Source: an uncultured bacterium | Lineage (GTDB): Bacteria; Babelota; Babeliae; Babelales; Babelaceae | Length of the DNA: 64,000 nucleotides | Direction of reading: 5' to 3' | Assembly (NCBI GenBank): GCA_963819815.1 | Contig: CAWFXL010000001.1 | Span: forward strand, 768,001 to 832,000 | In this document: piece by piece, positions 1 to 9,054 of the stretch | How the letters are laid out: each line of letters starts with the position of its first letter | How positions within the stretch are numbered: the stretch's first letter is position 1 | Notes under the pieces: model-generated | Databases searched by the model: none | What the model saw: only the letters and a program-made list of their open reading frames with translations | What the model was told of the DNA's origin: nothing | Translations under genes and position numbers: made by a program

Positions 1-1024
1 TACCTACAAGATCTTTCTCATCTTTATAATCAGAAATCATACCACTGATGATACGGGTCCCAATAAGTGACTCATCAAGCATTTGATAGCATTCACCCTT
101 TTCAACAAATACCGTATCAAAGTTATAAAAATGGCCTATAATTTCATCACGTGGAATACCAAGTGCCTGCAATAAGGTGGTTGCAAGCATCTTTTTCTTC
201 TTATCGATACGAACCTGTAAATAGTCGTGGCTATCAAACTCAAAGTCTACCCAAGAACCACGCATAGGAATAATTCGTGCAATAAAAGGAAGTTGTCCAC
301 GAACATCTTTAGTTTTCTTGCTATGCGAAAAAACAACCCCAGGCGATCTATGCAGCTGACTTACAATGACACGATCAACCCCATTAATGAGGAAAGTTCC
401 TAAGTTACCTAATTTAAACTGGCCATTATCAAGGTACAAATCTGCCATAACAGGAACATCAGCAAAGAAGATATCTTGCTCTTTAATATCGCGTAGCGTC
501 TTATCGCCCGCTTCACTCACATCCCAAGAGATCAATTGCAACTTAACTTTTAACGGCATAGAAAAAGTTTGGCCACTTGAACGACATTCATCAAGGGTCA
601 AGGGTAACTGTACCGTAACCCGCGCAAGACAATTGGTACACGTTTTATACCGTGCGGTATCCTTATGACAAAACGTACATTCAAGCTTGTCATTTAAACG
701 ACCGCTATCAGATTTTTTACATGATGAGCAGGACCAGACATACCGGTTTGCGATACCCGTTAACTTCCCACAGGTGCATGCCCAGAGTCCGAGCTCATAG
801 CTCACATACTGGAGAGACATCCTATCATTGTAATCTATGGGAAAAATATCTTTAAATACTTTCTCTAACCCTATAAGCTCCCTTTCAGACGGCAAAAAGT
901 CCAACTGAGCAAACTCATTGAAGGACCTCGATTGAATTTCTATTAAATTCGGAACCGGAACAATATCCTTGATCTTACCAAACAAGCGACGTACCGCTTC
1001 TTTGCCTTGACGGAGGCTCGACAT
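1..1024 (-). CDS. rpoB: DNA-directed RNA polymerase subunit beta (5' part; runs off window start)
   Basis: Manual translation from ATG at 1024: MSSLRQGKEAVRRLFGKIKDIVPVPNLIEIQSRSF..., later INGVDRVIVSQLHRSPGV; lies downstream of rplL. Confidence 0.97.
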   Translation of the reverse strand, partial: MSSLRQGKEAVRRLFGKIKDIVPVPNLIEIQSRSFNEFAQLDFLPSERELIGLEKVFKDIFPIDYNDRMSLQYVSYELGLWACTCGKLTGIANRYVWSCSSCKKSDSGRLNDKLECTFCHKDTARYKTCTNCLARVTVQLPLTLDECRSSGQTFSMPLKVKLQLISWDVSEAGDKTLRDIKEQDIFFADVPVMADLYLDNGQFKLGNLGTFLINGVDRVIVSQLHRSPGVVFSHSKKTKDVRGQLPFIARIIPMRGSWVDFEFDSHDYLQVRIDKKKKMLATTLLQALGIPRDEIIGHFYNFDTVFVEKGECYQMLDESLIGTRIISGMISDYKDEKDLVG

Positions 1025-1164
1025 TCAGAAACTCCTTTTGCAGGGGTTATAGAGTACTCCTTGCCTATACGCACACGCCCTCACGGCTTGTATATACAAG
1101 TTCAGACACCCTCTTCTCTATTTTTCGCGCACTACACTACTACTACCACTTTTTTAGCTTCATA

Positions 1165-1202
1165 ATCAGGGATCACTCGCTACCACACGCCTGATCCCTG
1201 AT
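1165..1202 (-). terminator. Hairpin in rplL-rpoB spacer (possible attenuator/processing site)
   Basis: ATCAGGGATCA (1165-1175) / TGATCCCTGAT (1192-1202) perfect 11-bp inverted repeat; no clear U-run. Confidence 0.5.
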
Positions 1203-1211
1203 AGAATATTT

Positions 1212-1595
1212 TTATGAAAGAGTTACTTTAGCACCAGCAGCTTCAAGTGCTTCTTTCATTTTTTGAGCGTCAGCTTTAGAGGCCGCTTCAGCGATAACTG
1301 TCGGAGCTTCTTCAACTGCTTTCTTCGCTTCGGTCAACCCAAGAGTTGTCACCGTACGAAGTGCTTTAATTACTTTAATCTTTTCAGCACCACCATCTGA
1401 AAGTTCAACTTTAAACTCTGTTTTTTCACCACCAGCGGCAGCAGCAGGAGCAGCCGTAGCAGCAACTGCAGCGCTCGCAGCAGGAGCGGCAGCAGATACA
1501 CCAAATTTAGTTTCTAGGGCTTTTACCAGTTCTGAAAGCTCCAAAACCGACATGCTGCCTATTTCTTCGATAAATTTCTCTTTATTCAATGCCAT
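1212..1595 (-). CDS. rplL: 50S ribosomal protein L7/L12
   Basis: [20 protein letters not shown]...[24 protein letters not shown] favours the start at 1595. Confidence 0.98.
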   Translation of the reverse strand: MALNKEKFIEEIGSMSVLELSELVKALETKFGVSAAAPAASAAVAATAAPAAAAGGEKTEFKVELSDGGAEKIKVIKALRTVTTLGLTEAKKAVEEAPTVIAEAASKADAQKMKEALEAAGAKVTLS

Positions 1596-1621
1596 AGCAT
1601 TCTCCATCTATTGTTAGAAGA

Positions 1622-2140
1622 TTAATGTTTCGCGTTTTCAATCTGACTAAGCACCCTTACAAACCGTGCAACAAGCTCATTGAGCACTCGCACATAATTC
1701 GTAATCGGCGCATTCAAAGTACCACAGAGTTGTGCAAGCAATACTTCCCTTGACGGTAAAGTCGCCAGCTGCTCAATTTGCAGAGCCGTAATAACTCTCG
1801 CATCAAGAGTCCCCCCAACTAACGTTAACTTTTGCCCATCTTTTGTAGCATCATAGAGCAATTTAGCTACAGCTGGCGCCTCATCTTGCGCGAACACCAC
1901 GGCTATCTGCTCTTTAAAAAGTGGTTCTAAGTCACTTATACCAGGAAGATCTTTTGTAGCTCTCACTAACAAGGTATTTTTAACTACCTTCATTTTGCCA
2001 TTCTTGGAGTAAAGGCCCATACGCAATCTCTGTATGGAACTTACATCCATACCTTGCGTAGCTACGATGAAAGCAGCTTGACTATGTTGAAAGTCCTCTT
2101 TCACCGCATCAATAATCGACTGTTTTTCTTGGCGATTCAT
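1622..2140 (-). CDS. rplJ: 50S ribosomal protein L10
   Basis: KVVKNTLL, LATLPSREVLLAQL motifs; operon position. Confidence 0.97.
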   Translation of the reverse strand: MNRQEKQSIIDAVKEDFQHSQAAFIVATQGMDVSSIQRLRMGLYSKNGKMKVVKNTLLVRATKDLPGISDLEPLFKEQIAVVFAQDEAPAVAKLLYDATKDGQKLTLVGGTLDARVITALQIEQLATLPSREVLLAQLCGTLNAPITNYVRVLNELVARFVRVLSQIENAKH

Positions 2141-2152
2141 TCGATTCCTTTC

Positions 2153-2848
2153 TTATAACGCTATTTCATCAGGGTTGAGGGGAACCCCTACGCCCATCGT
2201 AGAAGATATGGTTACTTTCTTAATATACTTACCTTTTGCAGAAGGCGGTTTAGAAGAAAGTAATGCCTTCATAAAAGTCGTCAAATTATCGGTTAACTTA
2301 TTCACGTCAAATGAAACACGACCCAATGAAAAATGCACAATGCCATTTTTATCATTTTTAAAGAAGTGACGACCTTTTTTAAGATCTGTCACTACAGGAC
2401 CTACGTCAAAGGTTACCGTTCCCGTTTTCTTATTGGGAACTAAACCACGAGGCCCGAGAATCTTTGCAACCTTACCCACTAAAACCATCATGTCAGGAGT
2501 TGCAATCGCATCCGTGAAATCTACCCATCCACCTTCAATCTTTTCAATAAGATCTTCAGCTCCTACATAGTCAGCGCCTGCTTTGGTAGCAGCATCAGCA
2601 TGCTCACCTTTTGCAAACACCACAATCTTTCTCACTTTTCCGGTTGAATGGGGCAGAACAACAGAACCACGAACTACTTGATCTCCCTTTGAGGGGTCAA
2701 TTCCAACATTCACATTCACATCAACCGATTCATCAAACTTTGCAAAGGCAAGGCCTTTCACCTGCTGAATACCATCAGTGAAAGAAAGTGGCTTCGTAAC
2801 CTGAAACTTTTCCCGTGCTTGCGTATATTTTTTACCGTGCTTAGCCAT
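2153..2848 (-). CDS. rplA: 50S ribosomal protein L1
   Basis: [30 protein letters not shown]. Confidence 0.98.
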   Translation of the reverse strand: MAKHGKKYTQAREKFQVTKPLSFTDGIQQVKGLAFAKFDESVDVNVNVGIDPSKGDQVVRGSVVLPHSTGKVRKIVVFAKGEHADAATKAGADYVGAEDLIEKIEGGWVDFTDAIATPDMMVLVGKVAKILGPRGLVPNKKTGTVTFDVGPVVTDLKKGRHFFKNDKNGIVHFSLGRVSFDVNKLTDNLTTFMKALLSSKPPSAKGKYIKKVTISSTMGVGVPLNPDEIAL

Positions 2849-2857
2849 GTGCCACCC

Positions 2858-3283
2858 TTAATCTACGACTTTTACACCCATACTACGAGCACTTCCTGCA
2901 ATAATCTTTACTGCTTGCTCAATCGTATGCGCATTTAGGTCAGCCATTTTAATCTTAGCTATTTCCTCAATATCCTTTTTTGAGATGGTACCAGCTTGAT
3001 CCTTTTTAGGATTAGCTGCACCCTTTTGGATATTGCTCTTCTTTTTAATAAGTTCGGAAGCCGGTGGCGTCTTTACGATAAAATCGAAGGTTCTATCTTT
3101 GTATATCGTCACAACTACAGGACAGGTCTGGCCTTTTTTGTCAGCAGTCTTTGCATTAAACTGCTTACAAAATTCCATAATAGCTACCCCTTGTTGTCCT
3201 AATACTGCACCCACTGGTGGTGCCGGCGTCGCCCCGCCTCCCGGTATATTCATGCGAACTTTGGCTTTAATCTCTTTTGCCAT
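2858..3283 (-). CDS. rplK: 50S ribosomal protein L11
   Basis: ATPAPPVGAVLGQQG..IMEFCKQFNAKT, GSARSMG. Confidence 0.98.
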   Translation of the reverse strand: MAKEIKAKVRMNIPGGGATPAPPVGAVLGQQGVAIMEFCKQFNAKTADKKGQTCPVVVTIYKDRTFDFIVKTPPASELIKKKSNIQKGAANPKKDQAGTISKKDIEEIAKIKMADLNAHTIEQAVKIIAGSARSMGVKVVD

Positions 3284-3292
3284 TCGTGTCCT

Positions 3293-3817
3293 TTATCGTT
3301 TTACTTGGTCAAACGCTAATTCTACCGGTGTCATTCGACCGAAGATGCTTACCATCACGGTCAATCTTTCATGTGTTTCATCTATTGCTTCAATAATTCC
3401 CATAAACCCTGCAAATGGTCCATCGGTAATTTCTGTTTCACTGCCCGTTTCAAATGCATGCTTCTCACGCGATACGACCACTTCACCACGAATCTGGGCA
3501 AGCACTCGTTCCATTTCAGAAGGGCTGAGCGCTAGAGGCTCTTTCCCTCCCAAAAATCTCGAAATACGAGGCGTCTGTGTTACTAAACGCAAGGCTTCCT
3601 GTACCGGTTCAAGTTCTACAAGCATATACCCGGGAAACAAGTACTGTTCCTCAGGATTCTTCAGGACTTCTTCATGAGAAGACTTAGCCTTAGCAGAGGG
3701 GATAAGAATGTCACCAAACTTATCCTGGAGGCCTTTTTCTTCAATAGTTTTCAGCAGATCCGCTCGGATACGATCCTCATATCCTGCAAGAACCTGAATA
3801 ACATACCATTTTTTCAT
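3293..3817 (-). CDS. nusG: Transcription termination/antitermination factor NusG
   Basis: WYVIQV..GYE, LFPGYMLVE, DGPFAGF, VSIFGRMTPVEL. Confidence 0.98.
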   Translation of the reverse strand: MKKWYVIQVLAGYEDRIRADLLKTIEEKGLQDKFGDILIPSAKAKSSHEEVLKNPEEQYLFPGYMLVELEPVQEALRLVTQTPRISRFLGGKEPLALSPSEMERVLAQIRGEVVVSREKHAFETGSETEITDGPFAGFMGIIEAIDETHERLTVMVSIFGRMTPVELAFDQVKR

Positions 3818-3839
3818 GTAGTATATGACCTTATCCGCC

Positions 3840-4037
3840 TTAGCGTCTTACGAGGCTAAAAATCTGTTTATATATAACCCACTCAAGAATCTTATCAAGC
3901 AAACCTAGATAAATGGTGAAAAAGAGCACCAGTAAAAGGGTCACTATAGTAGCTCCAATAAATTCCTCAGGCTTGGGCCATTCCACCCGGGCCATTTCTG
4001 AGCGGACCTCTTTTAAAAACGTTCCAATATTCTTCAT
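3840..4037 (-). CDS. secE: Preprotein translocase subunit SecE
   Basis: FLKEVRSEMARVEWP plus one TM helix; lies between tRNA-Trp and nusG. Confidence 0.95.
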   Translation of the reverse strand: MKNIGTFLKEVRSEMARVEWPKPEEFIGATIVTLLLVLFFTIYLGLLDKILEWVIYKQIFSLVRR

Positions 4038-4058
4038 TGCCTTACACCCTAGCTGTAC

Positions 4059-4134
4059 TGGCAGGCCAGGAGGGATTCGAACCCCCAACCCGCAGATTTG
4101 GAGTCTGCCGCTCTACCGTTAGAGCTACTGGCCT
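4059..4134 (-). tRNA. tRNA-Trp (CCA)
   Basis: 76-nt cloverleaf, anticodon loop CT-CCA-AA, GTTCGAATC, encoded CCA end. Confidence 0.97.
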
Positions 4135-4144
4135 CCATACATAT

Positions 4145-4305
4145 CTATTTCGTTTCTTTATGCACATTATGCTTACGACATCGAGAACAAAACTTACTTA
4201 AGCTTCAAAGAACCCAGCAGTTCTTTTTTTAGCAACAACTTGCGTATAATTACGCTCTTTACACTCTTCACATGCCAAATGAGTCGTAACTCTATTTTTT
4301 GCCAT
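4145..4305 (-). pseudogene. rpmG: 50S ribosomal protein L33 (Zn-binding type), reading frame broken by two 1-nt insertions (possibly sequencing error)
   Basis: MAKNRVTTHLACEECKERNYTQVVAKKRTAG..., with KFCSRCRKHNVHKETK* in another frame; 161 nt = 159+2. Confidence 0.85.
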
Positions 4306-4351
4306 ATATTAAGCACCTTGATACTATTCTAGTAACTTCATTGTAACTTTC

Positions 4352-4427
4352 TGGAGCCCGCGACCGGATTTGAACCGGTGACCTCTCCCTTACCAAGGAA
4401 GTGCTCTACCAACTGAGCTACGTGGGC
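4352..4427 (-). tRNA. tRNA-Thr (GGT)
   Basis: 76-nt cloverleaf, loop TT-GGT-AA, CCA end. Confidence 0.97.
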
Positions 4428-4532
4428 ATCAATTTCAACTTTCTACTAACTATACTTATAATAGATTAAATGAAAAAAACATAAAAAACAACATTATTTT
4501 ATCAGCTTGCTACTAGAACTACTTTATAACTT

Positions 4533-4608
4533 TGGAGCTGGCGACTGGATTTGAACCAGCGACCTGCTGATTACAAATCAGCTGCTCTACCAACTGAGCT
4601 ACGCCAGC
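4533..4608 (-). tRNA. tRNA-Thr (TGT)
   Basis: 76-nt cloverleaf, loop TT-TGT-AA, CCA end. Confidence 0.97.
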
Positions 4609-4625
4609 ACTACTAATTTCATATT

Positions 4626-4701
4626 TGGAGCGGGAAACGGGACTCGAACCCGCAACCTACAGCTTGGAAGGCTGTCGCTCTACCAATTGAGCTATTCCCG
4701 C
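4626..4701 (-). tRNA. tRNA-Gly (TCC)
   Basis: 76-nt cloverleaf, loop CT-TCC-AA, CCA end. Confidence 0.97.
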
Positions 4702-4716
4702 ACTTATATCAACTTC

Positions 4717-4801
4717 TGGTGGCGAGAGTAGGATTCGAACCTACGAAGGCTGAGCCAACGGATTTACAGTCCGTCCCCTTTGACCGCTCGGGAATCTCGC
4801 C
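4717..4801 (-). tRNA. tRNA-Tyr (GTA)
   Basis: 85 nt with long variable arm, loop CT-GTA-AA, CCA end. Confidence 0.97.
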
Positions 4802-4811
4802 GCTTTTACTA

Positions 4812-4839
4812 AGTATAAACAAGCGATTATTAATTTCAA
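4812..4839 (-). promoter_or_regulatory. Sigma70-type promoter of the tRNA cluster
   Basis: TTGAAA-N16-TATACT ending 10 nt before tRNA-Tyr. Confidence 0.65.
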
Positions 4840-5267
4840 CGTTCAGCCAGCGCTTCTTGGAAACTCTCCGCCCACCATCTTCACCTAAGCCATTTGGTAC
4901 TACTTAGGTTACCGTATTGCTCAATTGTAGCAAACTTTTTAGAACTTACAAATCTCGCAATCAAAAGCGTCTTCTTTATGATTCCGGGCACTACGGTCCA
5001 TTCAGGACGAGCATGCAACCAGGCCATTCACAATTGCCTACAGCTCACCAAGGCTCCAAAATTATAGACTCTGGCTCATCCTCAGAGATACAAATCCCCA
5101 AAATGTCTCGGGGGCGTAAGAATGCGACAATGATAAGCAAGTCCATTTTATTTAGTTCAAGTAGAAACAGCGTGAAACTCTTGAAGTCAGAATCGCCACT
5201 CTGTTACTATACTGGTAACTGGGTACTAAGCCCAAGAAACCAAAATCCTAATAAAGTGGGGAATACT

Positions 5268-6824
5268 ATGAAGTTCTTAACTAAATCTCTTGGGTTACTC
5301 CTAACCCTTACCTTGCTCGCACCTGCGTTAGCAAAATCGGACAAACACCGCCATAACGAAGAAATCGTAAAATTTGTTCAAGGTGGTGCTCCAGCAGGTG
5401 GCACCGGTACCAAAAGGCATCCTTTTGCAACACTCAAAGAAGCGGCGGCGAGTACGTGGGACATTCTTATTGTTCTTCCCTCAGCGGTTGCATTAACCGA
5501 TGGTATCACCCTCACCAATCAAAAGCTCATTGGTGACATATGTGACTCTAATGTAGCTCTATTCCCTAGGCTTACAACCAATCAAGTAACTGTTATCGGT
5601 GACGGTGCCATTGAAAATATCTTCTTTACTAATATGTTAGGTTCCGCAATCAATTATGACTTGGCAGAAAATCTTATCGTGAAAGATGTCAGTATTGACG
5701 GTTTTAATACAAAGACACCATCTACAGGAGCACCAGCAATCACCGGTACCTGCCCACAATCTGGAAATACTCTTATTGAAAACGTAATTATCCGCAACGA
5801 TAATGGAGCAAATGCCGGTATCTATGACAGCCCCACAGGCAGTGGTGTATCAAGAGAATTAACAATATGCGGGTGTGAGCTTACTACGATCACTAAAAAT
5901 GGTATAGAAACAGCACCAGATAAAGGAGCCTCCTCTGAAGTCGTTATCAAAGATTCGTATTTACATGATTTTACTGGTGGTGAATCTAATGGCATATTTG
6001 TAAATTTGGGTTCTACCTCTAGCGCGACAGAGGCTATTCTTGTTAAGAATACATCTTTTTATAATGTTGGCATTATCGAAGGCGTCGAAATTTTTTTAAA
6101 TACCAAAAATAATTCAGATCTAAAAATGAAAGTTGATTGCTGCTCATTCCAAGAAACCGGATCTGGCAATGGCGTAGCTGGTGTATTTTCTGTAAATTCC
6201 AGTTCATCATGCGAAATTGTGGTAGAAAACTCAGTAAGTACGAATGTGGGGGGGGATTTTTTCAACGAGACTTTATCAGCTGCTATCAGACAAGACAATA
6301 GACTCTGCGGAAACATGGTGACTGGGGGCATCTTTTATGAAACGCGATTAAGTGGTGCTGGAAAATCTGCAGTCATAACTGATATCAGAGGAAACATCTT
6401 TAATGGAACTACAGGAATACAAATAAATGGCGCCTCCTCCGGTAGAACTTACTCCCCACTGTATATAACTGCTGAACATAACTGCTTCACAGGCACTGGT
6501 AATGCTTTTCATACCTCTGCTACAGGCAATATTGGTACAGCAGTCATTGATGCTCATTGCAACTCATTTTCAGGGTTCAATCCTGATATTTCAGATGCTG
6601 GAAGCAATGTCAGCTACCTGGTAAGCAAAAACTTCTGGGGCCCTTTAAAACCCTGCACAGGTACTACTTGCCCTGCACCCCAAATCTGCCAAAATGGTTT
6701 TTGTCTGGGACCAACAACTATGCTTGGCAGCACTGGACACCCTTTCATTGGTTACTTAGATGCAAGTGATCCACTCGCAGTTTCTATCAAGTGTCCTAAG
6801 ACCTGCCACTCATCTGACATATGA
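5268..6824 (+). CDS. Secreted right-handed beta-helix (pectin-lyase-like) protein, copy 1
   Basis: Signal peptide MKFLTKSLGLLLTLTLLAPALA; GTKRHPFATLKEA N-terminal motif; Asn/Gly/Ser-rich beta repeats; Cys-rich C-terminus; start set at ATG 5268. Confidence 0.7.
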   Translation: MKFLTKSLGLLLTLTLLAPALAKSDKHRHNEEIVKFVQGGAPAGGTGTKRHPFATLKEAAASTWDILIVLPSAVALTDGITLTNQKLIGDICDSNVALFPRLTTNQVTVIGDGAIENIFFTNMLGSAINYDLAENLIVKDVSIDGFNTKTPSTGAPAITGTCPQSGNTLIENVIIRNDNGANAGIYDSPTGSGVSRELTICGCELTTITKNGIETAPDKGASSEVVIKDSYLHDFTGGESNGIFVNLGSTSSATEAILVKNTSFYNVGIIEGVEIFLNTKNNSDLKMKVDCCSFQETGSGNGVAGVFSVNSSSSCEIVVENSVSTNVGGDFFNETLSAAIRQDNRLCGNMVTGGIFYETRLSGAGKSAVITDIRGNIFNGTTGIQINGASSGRTYSPLYITAEHNCFTGTGNAFHTSATGNIGTAVIDAHCNSFSGFNPDISDAGSNVSYLVSKNFWGPLKPCTGTTCPAPQICQNGFCLGPTTMLGSTGHPFIGYLDASDPLAVSIKCPKTCHSSDI

Positions 6825-6959
6825 GCCCTGCTCTTCAAACCGTCAAGTGTTCTGACGAAGAGAGATGTGAGATTGGTGAAGGAAAAAGGCAAAGAAGCAG
6901 AGAAAGGTCTATAGATCAAGCCTCTCAAGCACCCGAAAATCAATAGCAGTAGTCAATCG

Positions 6960-6992
6960 CCTCCTTGTGGTACAAAAAATACCACAGGGAGG
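6960..6992 (+). terminator. Stem-loop after beta-helix copy 1
   Basis: CCTCCTTGTGGTA-loop-TACCACAGGGAGG. Confidence 0.6.
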
Positions 6993-7084
6993 AACTCTTG
7001 CAGTCAACATCACCCCTCTGCTACTATTATGGTAACTGGGTACTAAGCCCAAGAAACCAAAATCCTAATAAAGTGGGGAATACT

Positions 7085-8620
7085 ATGAAGCTCTTAACTA
7101 AATCTCTTGGGTTACTTCTAACCCTTACCTTGCTCGCACCGGCGTTAGCAAAATCGGACAAACACCGCCATAACGAAGAAACCGTAAAATTTGTTCAAGG
7201 TGGTGCTCCATCAGGAGGAAATGGCACTAAAAAGCATCCTTTTGCAACACTCAAAGAAGCAGCGGCGAGTGCCTGGGACGTCCTTATTGTGCTTTCCTCA
7301 GCGGTTGCGTTAACCGATGGCATCACCCTCACCAATCAAAAGCTCATCGGTGACATATGTGACTCTAATGTAGCTCTATTCCCTAAGCTTACTACCAATC
7401 AAGTGACTGTTATCGGTGATGGTGCCATTGAAAATATCTTCTTTACTAATATGTTAGGTTCCGCCATCAATTATGACAAGGCAGAAAATCTTATCGTGAA
7501 AAATGTCAGCATTGATGGTTTTAATACAAAGACACCACCTACAGGAGCACCAGCAATCACCGGTACCTGCCCACAATCTGGAAATACTCTTATTGAAAAC
7601 GTAATTATCCGCAACGATAATGGCGCAAATGCCGGTATCTATGACAGCCCCACAGGTAGTGGTGTATCAAGAGAATTAACAATATGCGGGTGTGAGCTTA
7701 CTATGATCACTAACAATGGTATAGAAACAGCACCGGATAAGGGCGCTTCCGCTGACGTCGTTATCAAAGACTCGTATTTACATGATTTTAATAATAGTAA
7801 TGCTAATGGCATATTCGTATTTTTAGGTTCTACCTCTAGTGCTACAGAGACTATTCTGGTTAAGAACTCATCTTTTTATAATGTTGGAGTTAGCGAAGGC
7901 CTCGAAATTCGTTTAAGCCTCTCTAATAATTCAAATCTAGAAATGAAAGTTGACTCCTGCTCATTCAAAGAAGCCGAATCCGTCAACGCCGTAGTTGCTC
8001 TGTTCTCTCAAAATAGCAGTTCATCATGCGAAATAGTGATAGAAAACTCAGTAAGTACGAATCTGGTGAAATTTTTCTCAGAGATTTTATCAGATGTTAT
8101 CAGACAAGACAATAGACTCTGCGGAAACACGGTGACCGGAGGCACTTTCTATGAAACACACAATAATGGAAAATCTGCAGTCATAACTGATATCAAAGGA
8201 AACATCTTTAATGGAACCACTGTAATACAAATTGATCCCCTCATCTCCGTCGGCACTTACTCCCCCCTGTATATAACGGCTGAACATAATTGTTTCACAG
8301 GCACCAGTAATGCTTTTCTTACCCATGCTAAAGGCAATATTGGTACAGCAGTCATTGATGCCCATTGTAACTCATTTTCAGGGTTCAATCCTGATATTTC
8401 AGATTCTGGAAGCAATGTTGCCTACCTGGTAAGCAAAAACTTCTGGGGCCCTTTAAAAGCCTGCACAGGTGGTACTTGCCCTCCATCCCAAATCTGTCAA
8501 AATGGTTTTTGTCTGGGACCAACAACTACTCTTAACTCTTTCATTGGTTACTTAGATGCAAGTGATCCACTTACAGTCTCTATCAAGTGTCCTAAGACCT
8601 GCCACTCATCTGACATATGA
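7085..8620 (+). CDS. Secreted right-handed beta-helix protein, copy 2
   Basis: Paralog of 5268..6824 with near-identical N- and C-terminal regions. Confidence 0.7.
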   Translation: MKLLTKSLGLLLTLTLLAPALAKSDKHRHNEETVKFVQGGAPSGGNGTKKHPFATLKEAAASAWDVLIVLSSAVALTDGITLTNQKLIGDICDSNVALFPKLTTNQVTVIGDGAIENIFFTNMLGSAINYDKAENLIVKNVSIDGFNTKTPPTGAPAITGTCPQSGNTLIENVIIRNDNGANAGIYDSPTGSGVSRELTICGCELTMITNNGIETAPDKGASADVVIKDSYLHDFNNSNANGIFVFLGSTSSATETILVKNSSFYNVGVSEGLEIRLSLSNNSNLEMKVDSCSFKEAESVNAVVALFSQNSSSSCEIVIENSVSTNLVKFFSEILSDVIRQDNRLCGNTVTGGTFYETHNNGKSAVITDIKGNIFNGTTVIQIDPLISVGTYSPLYITAEHNCFTGTSNAFLTHAKGNIGTAVIDAHCNSFSGFNPDISDSGSNVAYLVSKNFWGPLKACTGGTCPPSQICQNGFCLGPTTTLNSFIGYLDASDPLTVSIKCPKTCHSSDI

Positions 8621-8754
8621 GCCCCTGCTCTTCAAACCGTCAAGTGTTCTGACGAAGAGAGATGTGAGATTGGTGAAAGAAAATGGCAAAGAGGCAAAAC
8701 CAAATCTATAGATCGATCTTCTCATACGCTCGAAAATCAATAATAGCAGTCAAT

Positions 8755-8789
8755 TTCCTCCCTGTGGTACAATCTACCATAGGGAGGAA
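8755..8789 (+). terminator. Stem-loop after beta-helix copy 2
   Basis: TTCCTCCCTGTGGTA-CAATC-TACCATAGGGAGGAA, homologous to 6960-6992. Confidence 0.6.
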
Positions 8790-8898
8790 TCTTTAGATGC
8801 TTCTTAGTAAGCTGTGAGCACTAAAGAATGATAGCCAGAGCATACAGCTTAGTCTCCTCTCCTCAGCCTCCTCGCTCATCTACACACCCTCACACATA

Positions 8899-8926
8899 CG
8901 CTTGAACCGCATTCGGGCTTTTTTTT
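8899..8926 (+). terminator. Intrinsic terminator upstream of the MATE gene
   Basis: GCTTGAA-CCGCA-TTCGGGC followed by a T run. Confidence 0.55.
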
Positions 8927-9054
8927 GCAACACTCATTTCAATAGCTTTATGAGATCGGATCAATGAAACTTGCCATCATTGCATAAATTCTTTGCAGAA
9001 CACCAAAACCTGCTATACTCAAGACAGTTGGTCACCTTACAAGAAAGCTTCCCA

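Larger units (their letters stand above)
5195..8790 (+). repeat. Tandem duplication of a ~1.8 kb unit (leader + gene + 3' region); boundaries approximate
   Basis: Near-identical leader GGTAACTGGGTACTAAGCCCAAGAAACCAAAATCCTAATAAAGTGGGGAATACTATG and 3' region CTGCTCTTCAAACCGTCAAGTGTTCTGACGAAGAGAGATGTGAG in both copies. Confidence 0.92.

Noticed and set aside
366..855. Plus-strand ORFs 366..668 and 652..855
   Set aside because: Antisense shadows of rpoB
4917..5267. 117-aa N-terminal extension of the first beta-helix ORF (and 6965..7084 of the second)
   Set aside because: Signal peptide and SD-like GGGGA point to ATG 5268/7085; the extensions run through promoter and hairpin DNA
5268..8620. Possible diversity-generating retroelement (template/variable repeat)
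   Set aside because: No reverse transcriptase in the window; differences include indels and are not evidently adenine-restricted; both copies are full genes
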